Notes: a model not told the origin generated them from the sequence alone. DNA of 64,000 nt from Leptospiraceae bacterium (GCA_024233835.1 JACKPC010000001.1:1605442-1669441), one strand, 5' to 3'. Shown: positions 49,249-60,722, counted from the stretch's first letter. Translations and numbers: made by a program.

Positions 49249-49370
49249 CCCTTTATTTTGTTCCCTTGTTTAAATCATACAAACCCCATACCGGAATTTA
49301 ATTGCTTTTTTTTATCTACCTATTAGTCTAATATCAAAATTCCTCTCAAGTAATTTCATGAAAAGCGAGG

Positions 49371-50195
49371 ATGAAAGTCATGGGAATATTTTCAGACAGT
49401 GATAAACTCGGAGACCCCTTCGATGTGCTCATCGATTCCGAACTCGACCTTATCGATATGAACCATGAGTTTAACTCTTCCTTACACATGGAGGAGCAGG
49501 TGTTCGGACGTTTTAGCCGGGAAGATATACGAGCCATGATGAAAGAAGCCGGAATTTTTCGCTGCCTCGAAAATCGCGGATATTTTGACTGTCGTTTGGA
49601 GATTAATCCTATTTCGGAACTGGATAATCGAATCTATATAAAAACAAAAGATAAAGAAATTCTTATCCACATGCGTTTAAAGTTAAACGACTTTACCCTG
49701 AAAAAATTGGCTGAAACGTATAAAATGGTTTATATCGACTGGCTATTATCCCAGAATGTAAAAATGGGAAAGTTAAAGGAAAAGAAAAGACTTTTCCAGG
49801 GTCAGGAGTATCCGGGTTTGAATATTTTTAAAGAGCTAACCGAATTTATTGTACATTTAATGGTTCAAATGGGAGCTCATGGTATTTTTAATGTTCCGGA
49901 ATACTTTCATGATGCGGTTTTATTTCATAAGAATTCTCATTTTGTTGACCCTGTAAAAGAGGGTACCTTTCGCTATTTAATGACCCGCTTAAAAGACTAT
50001 AACCTCAGGGATTTAAGTAACCTGATTCATTCCAATCGTGTAAAATACGGAGAAAGCGGTGACACTTATCAGTGGAAATACGGAGAAATGCTTTATACCC
50101 GTTCTTCCTATTTGCAGGCCGAGTTATTCAACGAAACCTATCACGAAACAGTCAGACAAATACTGGAAAAAGAAAGATATTTTATAATAATCTAA
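49371..50195 (+). CDS. hypothetical protein
   Basis: 274-aa ORF. No motif. Confidence 0.35.
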   Translation: MKVMGIFSDSDKLGDPFDVLIDSELDLIDMNHEFNSSLHMEEQVFGRFSREDIRAMMKEAGIFRCLENRGYFDCRLEINPISELDNRIYIKTKDKEILIHMRLKLNDFTLKKLAETYKMVYIDWLLSQNVKMGKLKEKKRLFQGQEYPGLNIFKELTEFIVHLMVQMGAHGIFNVPEYFHDAVLFHKNSHFVDPVKEGTFRYLMTRLKDYNLRDLSNLIHSNRVKYGESGDTYQWKYGEMLYTRSSYLQAELFNETYHETVRQILEKERYFIII

Positions 50196-50210
50196 TATAC
50201 AGGAGTTTGG

Positions 50211-50753
50211 ATGAAAACTTTATTAGTACTTAGTTTTCTAATTTTTTCTTTCCCCCTTCTTTCGGAAGAAAAGCCGAAAGAAGGGGTTTATAAGCTAAAT
50301 TCGGTATCTATCGAATTTCAAAGCGGAACAAGGTTTGGAGCGGTAAAAGGAAAGTTTCAAAAGGTTTCGGTGGTAAAGTTAAATGTTCTTAAAAAAGAAC
50401 TGAGCCTGAGTATAGACACATCTTCTGTAGATACCGGACTCGGAATGCGGGATAAACACCTGCGAGCTGAAGATTTCTTCGATACAGGTAAATACCCGAA
50501 AGCAAGTTTTACTCTGAATAGCCTTGATGAATCTTCTCCGACCCGGGTTCAGGCAAAGGGACTTCTCCACTTGAAAGGAAAAGATAAACCTCTTACTTTT
50601 TCCGCCACAAAGCTTGAATCGGATAAGAAGCTGGAATATAAGGGTAAGTTGGAATTGTCGCGGAAAGAATTTGGAATGGTCTATGATTCACTTATCAACC
50701 CTATTGAAGATAAAGTTACTGTAATATTCTCTCTTTCTATAGATAAAGAATAA
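50211..50753 (+). CDS. YceI-like periplasmic polyisoprenoid-binding protein
   Basis: Signal peptide. FDTGKYPKASF motif. 8-strand lipocalin-like pattern. ~180 aa. Confidence 0.65.
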   Translation: MKTLLVLSFLIFSFPLLSEEKPKEGVYKLNSVSIEFQSGTRFGAVKGKFQKVSVVKLNVLKKELSLSIDTSSVDTGLGMRDKHLRAEDFFDTGKYPKASFTLNSLDESSPTRVQAKGLLHLKGKDKPLTFSATKLESDKKLEYKGKLELSRKEFGMVYDSLINPIEDKVTVIFSLSIDKE

Positions 50754-50754
50754 T

Positions 50755-52350
50755 TTGAAGCGTTTACAATTCCTCTTTGTATATTTAAAAATCCTAATTC
50801 AATTAATTTATAGGTTTCTTACAAAGGGGATTTCTTCTCTTTCTGTCGCCAGGATAATAGCTTTAAGTTTTCTTTTTGCTATATTTTTTGGTTCTATTCT
50901 TTTATACCTGGTAGAGCTTCATAATCCAACTAAACCTCTTTCCTATACCGATGCTCTGTATATGTCTACTTCCGCTTTTTGTGTAACAGGGCTGGCCGTT
51001 GTTCCTTTAAGTTCCTTTACACTAAGCGGCCAAATTTGTATCTTGCTTTTTATCAAGCTGGGTGGACTCGGAATTATAATATTCACCGTGCTTGCCGGTA
51101 TGCTTCTAATTAAGGGAATTTCAAGAAATACAAAGTTGAACTCTTTTCTCACAGAGTTTTTAGATGATAATAAGAATACGAAAAGTCCGGAGGTTTCGAA
51201 ATACGGGGGTTCCGGGGTGTTCAGGGCCATTATCTCCATTTTTCAGGTTTCGATTATTATTGAACTTATAGGGGCTTTATTTTTATATTTTTCTTTACCC
51301 GACTCGCAGGACATAGAAAAATACAACCGATTTTTTTTAAGTTTATTCACCTCGATTTCCGCTTTCAATAATGCAGGTTTTTCTCTGACTGATAATCTGA
51401 ATTTTTTACGTTCAGAATCATTTCCTCTATTCGTGGTCTCTGTTTTGATTATTCTCGGAGGAATAGGCTTTCCGGTTGTGATTCTTATCGAAAAGATTTT
51501 TTTGGAAACCATGAAAAATTTGATGTATAAACTGGAAGCCTATTTTGAAAATAGTATGATGCGTAGAGCCCTCTCCGGTAAGGATCCAAAGTTTTTTCAT
51601 GTCTGGGTTATCCGCTTATCGTATTATTTTGAAGAGAGATTTATGCTTTATAATCAAGGGATACGTGGTGAATCAAACCTCGTTCAATCAAAAATCATCC
51701 TCTACGGAACGTTCGGCTTAATTGTATTCGGAACTCTATTTGTTCTCTTCTTAGAATATGACTCGGCTCTTCAGGGTCTTACAAATCTGGATAAGTTTAT
51801 GAATGCTTTTTTCCTTTCCGTTTCTTCCCGGACGGCAGGTTTTAGTACCTTTGATTTGGCGACACTCAAGCACAGCTCCATTGTTTTGATTTGTCTTTTG
51901 ATGTTTGTAGGAGGAGGCCCACAGGGAACTGCGGGTGGAATCAAGATTACGACCTTTGCAATTCTTTTACAATATTTGAAAAATGTAATTAGTACGAGCC
52001 AGTCCGTTCACATTTTTGGAGAGACTATTTCCAAGCGTTCGGTAGCCATGAGTATCCGGCTTTATTTCTTAGCCACTACCTTTCTTGCCAGTATGGGATT
52101 TATTTTAACCGTGTTTCATGAAAATAAGGAAATGCACTATATTTTCTTTGAAATGATTTCGGCCTTCTGCACGGTAGGTTTTAGTTTGAATTTTACTGAA
52201 GAAATAAACCAGCTCGAAAAACTGGTTTATTCCGGGCTTATGTACTTTGGCCGAATTGGTATTCTTACTACTTTGGTGGCTATTACCGGTTTTGAGGGAA
52301 CGACGCAGCTCGGAGAAATCGATGATGATGTGAAGCTACAGATTGGTTAG
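50755..52350 (+). CDS. Trk/Ktr-type potassium transporter membrane subunit (TrkH/KtrB family)
   Basis: Four M1-P-M2 repeats with selectivity-filter glycine motifs, including GGGPQGTAGGIKITTF. Starts 2 nt after the yceI-like stop. Confidence 0.8.
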   Translation: MKRLQFLFVYLKILIQLIYRFLTKGISSLSVARIIALSFLFAIFFGSILLYLVELHNPTKPLSYTDALYMSTSAFCVTGLAVVPLSSFTLSGQICILLFIKLGGLGIIIFTVLAGMLLIKGISRNTKLNSFLTEFLDDNKNTKSPEVSKYGGSGVFRAIISIFQVSIIIELIGALFLYFSLPDSQDIEKYNRFFLSLFTSISAFNNAGFSLTDNLNFLRSESFPLFVVSVLIILGGIGFPVVILIEKIFLETMKNLMYKLEAYFENSMMRRALSGKDPKFFHVWVIRLSYYFEERFMLYNQGIRGESNLVQSKIILYGTFGLIVFGTLFVLFLEYDSALQGLTNLDKFMNAFFLSVSSRTAGFSTFDLATLKHSSIVLICLLMFVGGGPQGTAGGIKITTFAILLQYLKNVISTSQSVHIFGETISKRSVAMSIRLYFLATTFLASMGFILTVFHENKEMHYIFFEMISAFCTVGFSLNFTEEINQLEKLVYSGLMYFGRIGILTTLVAITGFEGTTQLGEIDDDVKLQIG

Positions 52351-53619
52351 GGAATATTCTATGGCTTCAAATATCTGCTCAATCGATTCTTCTTTTATGA
52401 TATACGGCGGGGTGATGTAGACCACATTTCCTAAGGGTCGAAGAATCACTCCTTTTTCTAAACAGGTTTTCGCGAATTCCTTTCCGATAGGATTGGTATA
52501 GGAATCTTCCGTTTTCAAATTAAAACAGGCGATAGCACCGAGAACGCGAAGTTTTTCGATTCTATCTGGAAATTTTTCCTGTAAGAGTTTTAGTTTTTTT
52601 GCAAATACCTTTTCCAGATTTCTTACTTCGAGTAACCTGTTTTCTTTTTCGTATAGTTCTAAAGAGCTAAGAGCAGCAGCGGCAGAAGGTGGATTCCCTG
52701 TCATGGTGTGGCCGTGATAAAAGGCTTTTTCAGGTTCTTCAGAATAAAAGGCTTCGTAGATTTTTTCATTCACCAGGGTAGCTGCGATAGGTAAAACTCC
52801 TCCACTAAAAGCTTTGGCTAAAGTGAGAATATCCGGTGAAACATTCGCATACTCGTAAGCAAAATTTTCTCCGAGTCTTCCGAAACCGGTAAAGACTTCA
52901 TCGAGTATAAAAACGATTCCGTATTGCCTGCAAAGCTTATCTATTTCTTGTAATATCTCTTTTTTATAAAATTTGAAACCACAGGCAGCCTGTACAATTG
53001 GTTCGATAATAATGGCAGCTACCGTATTTCCATCTGTTTCGAGATAAGTTTTTAGATTCTGTAAACAGTCTAATTCACAGTTCTCTCTACTTTTTTGCAG
53101 GGGACAGGAGTAACAGTCTGCCGAGATAAATTCTTTTACCGGAAGTAGCATATCTTTAAAAACTCCGTGGAAGCTTTCACTTCCGCTCAGCGACATGGTT
53201 CCAATTGTGTCCCCGTGGTAGGAAGCCGAAAAACGGATAAATTTTTTGCGCTTTGTATCACCGGAGTTGATGTGGTATTGGTAAGCTATCTTTACTGCGA
53301 TTTCATTGGCACAGGAGCCATTATCGGAGTAAAAAACTTTTCGGAAGGTGTTTTTTGTAATTTCTAAGGTCTTTTTTGCCAGGTTTTCTGCAGCTTCATG
53401 GCTGAAGCCGGCAAGAATTACATGGTCTAGGTTATGAAGTTGTTTATAAATGGATTCTAATATTTTGGGATGATTATGACCATGAATAGAAACCCACCAG
53501 GACGCGACTGCATCTATATAGGCTTTACCGGCCTCATCATAAAGAAATTCTTCTTTTGCTTTTGCAATTTTTAAGTTACTATATTTTGTTTTTTGAATAG
53601 AATATGGATGCCAGATCAT
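52336..53619 (-). CDS. bioA: adenosylmethionine-8-amino-7-oxononanoate aminotransferase BioA
   Basis: MIWHPYS start typical of BioA. Class III PLP aminotransferase motifs (DEVFTGFGRLG, PLP-Lys in LAKAFSGG). Confidence 0.8.
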   Translation of the reverse strand: MIWHPYSIQKTKYSNLKIAKAKEEFLYDEAGKAYIDAVASWWVSIHGHNHPKILESIYKQLHNLDHVILAGFSHEAAENLAKKTLEITKNTFRKVFYSDNGSCANEIAVKIAYQYHINSGDTKRKKFIRFSASYHGDTIGTMSLSGSESFHGVFKDMLLPVKEFISADCYSCPLQKSRENCELDCLQNLKTYLETDGNTVAAIIIEPIVQAACGFKFYKKEILQEIDKLCRQYGIVFILDEVFTGFGRLGENFAYEYANVSPDILTLAKAFSGGVLPIAATLVNEKIYEAFYSEEPEKAFYHGHTMTGNPPSAAAALSSLELYEKENRLLEVRNLEKVFAKKLKLLQEKFPDRIEKLRVLGAIACFNLKTEDSYTNPIGKEFAKTCLEKGVILRPLGNVVYITPPYIIKEESIEQIFEAIEYSLTNL

Positions 53620-54614
53620 CAGGGTTTTACCTTCAGGATAAATACGTGAAACATTTCTGATTTGGTTTTACAGGATTTGGGGTAGGACTTTTTTGCTTTA
53701 TCGGATACGAAAGCAAGGGTTGTTTCGTCTATCCAGCTTACACCTTCTATATTACAATATAGAAGTTCTTTTTGTTTTCCTCGCGGGAAAGCGTAGATAA
53801 GGCCCTTGTTTTTTAATTTCCAGGAACCTTTCATAAATTCTCCTATCCAAACGTAAGAACCTTCCTGTGAAGTGATTGCAACTTTGTCTTCTAATAGAGC
53901 TATATCCGAATAGTCACTGAATCCCTGTAAATAGGGGAGTTCTATTACTGCTTCTTTTTTCCATTTATTTTTTTGTAAGCCAAATACATAGAGAATTCCC
54001 TTTTTATTTTTATAAGCTTTTCCGCAACCTTCTCCTTCGCAGAGAGCTACAAGTTGAGGGTGAGACAGACGCCTTGTAAAGGCGAGACCTTCGAATCCCT
54101 TGTTTTCTTTCTTTAATGGAACCTTCGAGGAAAATTCGTCTAATTTGTTACCGGAGGTATCGTAGATATGAATATAGGGTATGTATTCTCCTTTTTCTTT
54201 TCTGGATTCTTCCGCAATGAAGAGGTAAGGTTTATCGGTAAAACCAAAACTAATCGCTTCAAATTGAGAGTCGTCTTTGTTACTACCAAAAAAAGAAATG
54301 TTTTCTACTTTTTTATTTTTGAATGTAAAGGAAGCTATACGCTCTGTATTATCAAAAACTACGTAGATACGTTCCGAGGTATAAACAAGGCCGCTGGCTT
54401 CATACTTAGAAAGTTTATCATCGGCTATTTCTGAAAATTTAACTTCATAAATTGCAGAATTCAATTCCTCTGTTTTCTGTTTTGTAAGCGGATTCTTGCA
54501 ATGGGAAAATAAGAGAAGTGAGAATATAAGAAGTCTTAAAAGCATTCTTCGAGACTTTAAAAGTCCCTGTAAATTGCAAGTTAAAAAAAATGGCCTGCTA
54601 TTAGCAGGCCTCAA
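53619..54614 (-). CDS. hypothetical lipoprotein
   Basis: Signal/lipobox-like LFSHC (probable start MLLRLL at 54545). No motif. Confidence 0.4.
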   Translation of the reverse strand: MRPANSRPFFLTCNLQGLLKSRRMLLRLLIFSLLLFSHCKNPLTKQKTEELNSAIYEVKFSEIADDKLSKYEASGLVYTSERIYVVFDNTERIASFTFKNKKVENISFFGSNKDDSQFEAISFGFTDKPYLFIAEESRKEKGEYIPYIHIYDTSGNKLDEFSSKVPLKKENKGFEGLAFTRRLSHPQLVALCEGEGCGKAYKNKKGILYVFGLQKNKWKKEAVIELPYLQGFSDYSDIALLEDKVAITSQEGSYVWIGEFMKGSWKLKNKGLIYAFPRGKQKELLYCNIEGVSWIDETTLAFVSDKAKKSYPKSCKTKSEMFHVFILKVKP

Positions 54615-54629
54615 GTAGGTAAGGAAAGT

Positions 54630-57629
54630 TTAAAACTTGTAGGTAGCGGATGCTGTAAAGGTTACCCCTTCACGGTAAGAACCAAACAAATCATTCGTTC
54701 CCATTAATTCATTTCTCTGGTATGTTCTAAACCTTGTATCCATGATATTCTTGGCGGCGAGTTTGATATCTAGATGCTTTCCCTGTTTATGTTGAAAAAC
54801 GATATCTGTAACACCTACCCCTTTTTCATAGGCATCCGGTGCATTGGAAGCTCCTACAACAGAAATTCTGTCACCGAAGTAATTGTAATAAAGACCGATA
54901 GAGGTATTTTTCTTTGTATCGATAAAGTATAAGAATTTTACGTTATATACAAAGTCAGATTGTCCCTGTAATGGTCTTACACGGTTTGTAGGGTCATAGG
55001 AAAACAGTTTGGATGAAGTTCCGACAAGACCGAGTTTTACAGCTGTATACTGGGAATCATCCATTACTTCTACGCGGGATTTTATGAAGAAAAAGTTGGT
55101 TTCAATTCTAAACTTATCAAAGAAATCTTTTCTTCCATCTAATTCCAGACCTCTAATATAGGCTTCCCTGGCATTGGTATAGGTATAAACAAAACCCGGT
55201 GAACCGGCTAAGGGTTGTCCGACTATTTCTATAGGATTGGAAAGTTGTTTTAAGAAAAGACCGGCACCTACGAAGTCCGCTCCCTTTATATACCATTCAT
55301 AACGAAAATCATAGTTATGAATATAGGATCTTTGTAAGGAAGAGTTACCGTATACAAGGTTTGCACCAAAATAGGGACTAAATCCGAAAGGAGATAATTC
55401 TCTCAGGTCGGGTCGGGTTAAGGTTTCCGTATAGGCCCATCTCAGGTTCTGGTCTTTTTTGAATTCCCAGACAAAATTTAGAGAAGGTAAAGTATCCTGT
55501 GTGCGTAGTTCTCCCACACCGTTATTGTCAGGTCTGCAAATACCTGTTTGTATTAAAGCACTTCTTTCATAATCATTCGAATACTTACAGCCATAATCAA
55601 GATTGGTTCCATTCAGCGTATCTTTTAGAGCAAATGTTTTTACTTTTTGATAACTATCCTCGTATCTTGCACCACCGACAAAGCGAACATTTGGAACCAG
55701 AGGCATGTCGACCTGTGCGAAATACGCATTTATCTTGTGGATGGCATCATAAGCATTAGATTCTTCCGCCCGTTCCGTGAAGGTCCTATCTCCATTTAAG
55801 AATACAAGAGGGTTATAAAGAAGTTCTCCCGGAACCGGAAAAGGAACATCATTATCCGAACCAACAAATCGTCTCTGGATAAATTCCCGGAATCGAAAGT
55901 TTTTATAACGACTCGAACTCAAATAACCTACTTTCGCTTTTGAATAGAGACCGTCCCATTGCTTGAAAGGAATTTCATACTTTAAGCTGAGAGATTTCAT
56001 AATATCATCGCTCTCAGAGAAAAAGCGGGTTCCATCAGGCCTGTTTCCCGATTTGGTATAGGGTCTATCGTAGGCCGTTTCGGTTCTTTGCCAGAGCTGG
56101 TTTCGTAGGTCCGGCTCATCCCGATTCGCATCGGAATAATTGAAAGCCCAATCAAGAATATGAGGTCTTCCCATCTCTCCTATATTGATAGCATTTTTTC
56201 CACCGAAGGTATTACTCATTAAGGTTCTACTCGTAAAACCGAGAGTCTGGTTTTTGAATAGGAAGTTATCGATACCATTATAACCATCCGCATCCCTTAC
56301 AAACTTATCGGACTGAATAGTATATAATGTTTTGCTAAAAAACTGTTGTCCATCTACAGGTTCATAAGAAAGGTTTAAATTATTTCCCCAGAGAACTTCT
56401 TCGTTATACTGGTTGATATCCTGAGTTTGAAGAGTATCCAGATAAGTTGTCTCTTTTACAAAAGGAATGATTTGTCTTCCCACATATCGCTTTAACTTTT
56501 CTCTGCGAAAACGAAAGTTTCGATTATAGGAGGTTCCTGCCATGAATCCAAAACGACCGTATTTTTCTGTTTTGATAGTATTCCCTACTGAAAAGTTAAA
56601 ATTCCTGTCAAAGGGAGCGTCCATTTTATCAGGAGTCCACTGGCTATCAAAAGATGATGTGGTCATGTTTATGAGTTGAGGAGGAATTCCACCAAATGCG
56701 TCTCCGGGTCGAAAGGGCATGAAGTCCGGGAAACTTTTTACCATGTCAGGTAACTTCTGTTTATCTCCAACCATACCGAAAGCATTTTTTTGTCCACCAC
56801 CTTTGAAGGTTAAAAATTCATTACCGGTCGTATTATAGTTTCGTCCCAGGCCAAGCCCCAGACTCATCATGAATTCGTCGGGGTATTCTTTGGTTTCTAT
56901 CTTGACTATTCCTCCGGAAAATTCAGCCGGGTCTTCGGGAACAAAGGTTTTTACAATTCGTAAATTTTTAATGGCTCCGGCAGGAAATAAGTCAAGGGGA
57001 ATGACTCTTTTATCCGGTTCGGTAGAAGGAATGCTCATATCATCTAAGAGGGTATTGGAGTATCGTTCCCCGAGTCCGCGAACGAAGACATATTTTCCTC
57101 CAATAAGGGTTACACCGGTTACACGTTTGATGACTTCACCTGCTGAAGAGTCAGGACTTTTCTTGATAGACTCTGCACTGATTCCATCGGATACAGAACC
57201 GGATTTTCTCTGAGCTTGAAGAAGGGAGGCTTCTGTGTTATTTACAGCTCTTCCTTTTACCTCTACTACATCCAGAGCCTTGGCTCCGAAAGTAATATTT
57301 TGAGTTGTAGTTTGTCCTGCATTTATCGTGATATTTTTTACCTGGGTATCAAAGCCCATCATAATATATTCTACGCTGTGAGAACCCGCCGGTAAGTCGA
57401 GGCTGTATTTACCGTCAAAGTCTGTTCTTGCACCCTTTTTTAAGGCTCGAACAACTACTGTAACTCCAAATACAGGTTCAGCATTGGATGCGTCGATTAT
57501 CTTTCCTTTCAGTGTTCCATCCTGAGCGAAAATTACCGTAGGTAATAGGCTCATAAACAAAAACAAGAAAGAGAGTTTCTGTATTATCCTTGTTTTATAT
57601 TGCAACATTTTGTCTTTCCTTACACTCAT
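54630..57629 (-). CDS. TonB-dependent outer-membrane receptor with N-terminal carboxypeptidase-regulatory-like domain
   Basis: Signal peptide. CarbopepD_reg-like [23 protein letters not shown]. Plug region. Long beta-barrel with terminal aromatic (ATYKF). Confidence 0.8.
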   Translation of the reverse strand: MSVRKDKMLQYKTRIIQKLSFLFLFMSLLPTVIFAQDGTLKGKIIDASNAEPVFGVTVVVRALKKGARTDFDGKYSLDLPAGSHSVEYIMMGFDTQVKNITINAGQTTTQNITFGAKALDVVEVKGRAVNNTEASLLQAQRKSGSVSDGISAESIKKSPDSSAGEVIKRVTGVTLIGGKYVFVRGLGERYSNTLLDDMSIPSTEPDKRVIPLDLFPAGAIKNLRIVKTFVPEDPAEFSGGIVKIETKEYPDEFMMSLGLGLGRNYNTTGNEFLTFKGGGQKNAFGMVGDKQKLPDMVKSFPDFMPFRPGDAFGGIPPQLINMTTSSFDSQWTPDKMDAPFDRNFNFSVGNTIKTEKYGRFGFMAGTSYNRNFRFRREKLKRYVGRQIIPFVKETTYLDTLQTQDINQYNEEVLWGNNLNLSYEPVDGQQFFSKTLYTIQSDKFVRDADGYNGIDNFLFKNQTLGFTSRTLMSNTFGGKNAINIGEMGRPHILDWAFNYSDANRDEPDLRNQLWQRTETAYDRPYTKSGNRPDGTRFFSESDDIMKSLSLKYEIPFKQWDGLYSKAKVGYLSSSRYKNFRFREFIQRRFVGSDNDVPFPVPGELLYNPLVFLNGDRTFTERAEESNAYDAIHKINAYFAQVDMPLVPNVRFVGGARYEDSYQKVKTFALKDTLNGTNLDYGCKYSNDYERSALIQTGICRPDNNGVGELRTQDTLPSLNFVWEFKKDQNLRWAYTETLTRPDLRELSPFGFSPYFGANLVYGNSSLQRSYIHNYDFRYEWYIKGADFVGAGLFLKQLSNPIEIVGQPLAGSPGFVYTYTNAREAYIRGLELDGRKDFFDKFRIETNFFFIKSRVEVMDDSQYTAVKLGLVGTSSKLFSYDPTNRVRPLQGQSDFVYNVKFLYFIDTKKNTSIGLYYNYFGDRISVVGASNAPDAYEKGVGVTDIVFQHKQGKHLDIKLAAKNIMDTRFRTYQRNELMGTNDLFGSYREGVTFTASATYKF

Positions 57630-57636
57630 CTATATA

Positions 57637-58218
57637 TCAGGTACCCAAGGTACTCAGTTTGAATTTGCCTTTATTTTCAATTACAAGTTTTAGCTCATCG
57701 AGTTTTACCTGCTTCTCATCTATCAACAGATAAATCGATTCAATGATGTGTCCGTTTACTGTATTTAGCTTTCTTACATCCTTCCTCCATTCTATGGATT
57801 GAATTACAAAAGAATGATTCCCTATTTTCTGATAGAGTCTTGCAAGACCTGTTTTTCTCCTGAGAGAAACCATATCCATAGCTTTTTTGATAGTAGTATG
57901 GGCGACAAGAGCATTGGTTCCAAGGCTATTCGGAAGGATGATGTCTTCAAATTCTTTAAGAGAAAATAGAGTCTTATAATCATCCTGAACACCTTTTTGG
58001 GAAAACTCTTTTAGGAATTGCTTAATAGCTTCATCTCTGGACGAAGAAGCGTTTTGCAGCTTATAATCTTCTTTTATCCTTGAACGAAGTTCTTCCTGGT
58101 CTTTTCGAATTTGTTCATTTTCTAATTTAGCTTCCGGGCTTAGCTCGGGTTTATCTGATTTTTTACATGAATTGAATATACTTAAGCTACAAAGTATCAA
58201 TAGTATTATGTATTTCAT
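57637..58218 (-). CDS. hypothetical lipoprotein
   Basis: Signal plus lipobox IFNSC. Starts 8 nt after the receptor gene stop. Confidence 0.45.
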   Translation of the reverse strand: MKYIILLILCSLSIFNSCKKSDKPELSPEAKLENEQIRKDQEELRSRIKEDYKLQNASSSRDEAIKQFLKEFSQKGVQDDYKTLFSLKEFEDIILPNSLGTNALVAHTTIKKAMDMVSLRRKTGLARLYQKIGNHSFVIQSIEWRKDVRKLNTVNGHIIESIYLLIDEKQVKLDELKLVIENKGKFKLSTLGT

Positions 58219-58231
58219 ATATACTCCTATA

Positions 58232-58262
58232 AAGAAAAACCGGTAAGTGATTTACTTACCGG
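58232..58262 (-). terminator. rho-independent terminator of 58294..59697
   Basis: Minus-strand hairpin CCGGTAAGT-aaatc-ACTTACCGG followed by a U-rich tract. Confidence 0.6.
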
Positions 58263-58293
58263 TATAGTAAAAAGGGATTGTGTTATGTATGCC

Positions 58294-59697
58294 TTACTTA
58301 GCTACGTATTCTGTCCAGCCCTCATACCATTTATTAGTAGAAGAAGCTCCACCGTAGTACTGGGTGTCGGTAAAGAAAGCATCATTAAAATTTGTATCTG
58401 ACTTTAAACTAGCCGAAGGAGTTCCAACAGAAGCTGCTGTTGAATAATCCGGTTTTGTTGTAAACACACAGTTATCAGTTGTTCCGGAGCCTGCACTGGT
58501 AATGGGCAGAGCTGCTAAAGTTGAACCGCTGCTAATAGCCGTTGCAAGACTCGCACTGGTACAGGTAATGGTATTAGAAGCAGTCTGTGCAGTTTCAGAA
58601 AGAACATTCGTTACAGTAGGACTGGTTGGCTGACCGGTTCCTGCATTTGCATTACACATATAGTTTCCTTTGGAGAAGCCATAAATCAGACCGCTGGTAA
58701 AATAGCCCTGCATACCTTCTCTAAATCTCATACCGGCTCCACCTGTAACACCGGCTCCAATCAAAGTAAAGTTGGCTACAGAAGGTTTGGAAGTTAAACC
58801 TGTAACTGTAGTAGAGGCTTCTCCGTTGTTATGAGAACCATCCATTTCCATACCGTGTGGGTCAGAAGAAGCTGTTCCACCGCAGGAAGTAGGATACTTG
58901 TGTCCGATTAAGAATTGCATTTTTCCGAGGAATCCTTCGTCCATGTCGAAGTCATCGTCCATACCACCGGTTACCAGGGCGTATTTGACGGTAACTGCAC
59001 CACCCCAGAATTCAAAACCATCATCCAGACCGCGGTGAACCTGGACATATTCGTAGCTGGTTCCCGAACCCACAGTATACGAACTGATTCCGTTTAACTC
59101 ATCACCCGCAGAAACTTCGTTACCGGCAAATTCAACGCGGACATACTTGAGAGAACCGGAGCTATCTGTATTGTCACCGGAGCCACCGTAATTGGTTTTG
59201 TTTGCACCTTCTGTTTGTCCACCGGTACGGGTGTTGGTTCCGCCACCGATAATCACCACACCACCCCAGTCACCGGGAGCACGCTGCCCTACAGTTTTAG
59301 AAGATGTGAATACGATAGGATTTGTAGCAGTTCCAACTGCATTTATCTTGGAACCTTTGTGAATGAAAAGAGCAGAACCTGCACGTCCGTAGATTTTTGT
59401 TCCGGCTTCAATCGTTAAGGTTGAATTATTTGTTACATTGATAGTTTTTCCGTCTAAAACTACAGTTCCTTTCCAGGTTGTATTTCCGGTAATGTCAGCG
59501 GAAACAGTTGTAGTTGCTGATGGGGAAGATAGCGCAAGGGCTGCTAAAGCTGCTGAGTTGTCTTTTTTACTATCAGCCGGACAATGTATAAGTGAAAAGG
59601 AAATTGCGGTGATACTTGCAATTTGAAGAATATTTTTTAGTTTCATATAATCTTGTTCTCCTGATTTTTCCACGGGATTTATAAGAATCCCCTTCAA
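58294..59697 (-). CDS. hypothetical secreted protein, Gly/Thr/Ser-rich (beta-helix-like?)
   Basis: Signal peptide. Many GxG and T/S-rich segments suggesting a beta-solenoid. No catalytic motif. Confidence 0.4.
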   Translation of the reverse strand: MKGILINPVEKSGEQDYMKLKNILQIASITAISFSLIHCPADSKKDNSAALAALALSSPSATTTVSADITGNTTWKGTVVLDGKTINVTNNSTLTIEAGTKIYGRAGSALFIHKGSKINAVGTATNPIVFTSSKTVGQRAPGDWGGVVIIGGGTNTRTGGQTEGANKTNYGGSGDNTDSSGSLKYVRVEFAGNEVSAGDELNGISSYTVGSGTSYEYVQVHRGLDDGFEFWGGAVTVKYALVTGGMDDDFDMDEGFLGKMQFLIGHKYPTSCGGTASSDPHGMEMDGSHNNGEASTTVTGLTSKPSVANFTLIGAGVTGGAGMRFREGMQGYFTSGLIYGFSKGNYMCNANAGTGQPTSPTVTNVLSETAQTASNTITCTSASLATAISSGSTLAALPITSAGSGTTDNCVFTTKPDYSTAASVGTPSASLKSDTNFNDAFFTDTQYYGGASSTNKWYEGWTEYVAK

Positions 59698-59819
59698 TCT
59701 GCATCCGAGGCTACCGGTCTTTAGTTACGAAATTATTACATAATCATAAAGAATTTTCGATTCCCATGTAAGACTCTATTCATATTTTTGTAATATTTCT
59801 GTAATAAGTTCATGGATAT

Positions 59820-60212
59820 ATGGATCCATTATATTATTCAAGAATGGTAATGAATATGGATAAAAGATGGACTCTATCAATAATGATAGGCATAAGTATA
59901 TTCGCAAATAGTATATTAGGCGATACTATTACTGTTATAAAAACAGGTGAGACTTTTGAGAACGTAAAAGTCAGTGAAGGAGAAGTGGAAGATAAGAAAG
60001 GGAAGAGAACAAAAGTTCAGGTGGTAGATTTTGAAGACGGCACACAAAAAGCTTTTGTCCCGGAATCGGTTACGGTAGAAAAAAAAGAAACTAACTGGAA
60101 GAAAGATGAAGAAGCAAAGACGGAGAAGAAAGAAGCAGATGACCCAGAAGCAGATAAATACTCAGCCTACATTTTTGGTGCCTGGGCTTTAGTCTGGCTT
60201 GCTTTATGGTAG
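59820..60212 (+). CDS. hypothetical membrane/lipoprotein with Lys/Glu-rich region and C-terminal TM
   Basis: N-terminal hydrophobic segment. KKETNWKKDEEAKTEKKEADD. C-terminal hydrophobic anchor. Confidence 0.4.
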   Translation: MDPLYYSRMVMNMDKRWTLSIMIGISIFANSILGDTITVIKTGETFENVKVSEGEVEDKKGKRTKVQVVDFEDGTQKAFVPESVTVEKKETNWKKDEEAKTEKKEADDPEADKYSAYIFGAWALVWLALW

Positions 60213-60233
60213 ATTAACTAAATCTAAACTACT

Positions 60234-60260
60234 AAAAAAACGGAGGAAAGAATTCCTCCG
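60234..60260 (-). terminator. hairpin CGGAGGAA-aga-TTCCTCCG with flanking A/T tracts (bidirectional terminator)
   Basis: Seen directly between convergent genes. U-tract on the minus strand follows the stem 10 nt after the rhodanese stop. Confidence 0.5.
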
Positions 60261-60270
60261 ATTACTGCTT

Positions 60271-60642
60271 TTACCAGACGACGATCCCACCCCTCAAATT
60301 ATACAAATTCTTATATCCCTGAGAAGCAAGGAAGTTGGCCGCGACCGTGCTTCGGTTTCCGCTTCTGCAATAGATTAAAACGGGTATGTCTTTAGGAATT
60401 TCGGAAATACGGGCCTGTAGCTCACTCATCGGGATAAATAAAGCCCCTTCGAGATGTCCTTCCTTCCATTCTGCCTCGGTTCTTACATCTACCATCAGGG
60501 TTTTGGGATTCTCAGCCTGAATCTTTTGCCAGGAGGCTTTATCTACCCAGGTAAAATTTTTGCTGTTTTCTAGCGTTTTAGCCGGGGGGGAACAGGCAAT
60601 AATTAGAAAAACAAGGTTTACTGCTAATAAAATTCTTTTCAT
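60271..60642 (-). CDS. rhodanese-domain sulfurtransferase (single domain, periplasmic)
   Basis: Signal peptide. VDVRTEAEW...LIYCRSGNRS active-site Cys loop. Confidence 0.8.
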   Translation of the reverse strand: MKRILLAVNLVFLIIACSPPAKTLENSKNFTWVDKASWQKIQAENPKTLMVDVRTEAEWKEGHLEGALFIPMSELQARISEIPKDIPVLIYCRSGNRSTVAANFLASQGYKNLYNLRGGIVVW

Positions 60643-60722
60643 AGGTATAAAATGAAAAAAAACCTGTAACTGTCAAATACAAAGAAAGCAACTTGAGAAT
60701 TTTAAGAAAGCTAAATATTAAC

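Noticed and set aside
49095-49326. Two plus-strand ORFs (68 and 61 aa)
   Set aside because: They overlap the 5S rRNA gene. Their reading frames are a by-product of the structured RNA sequence.
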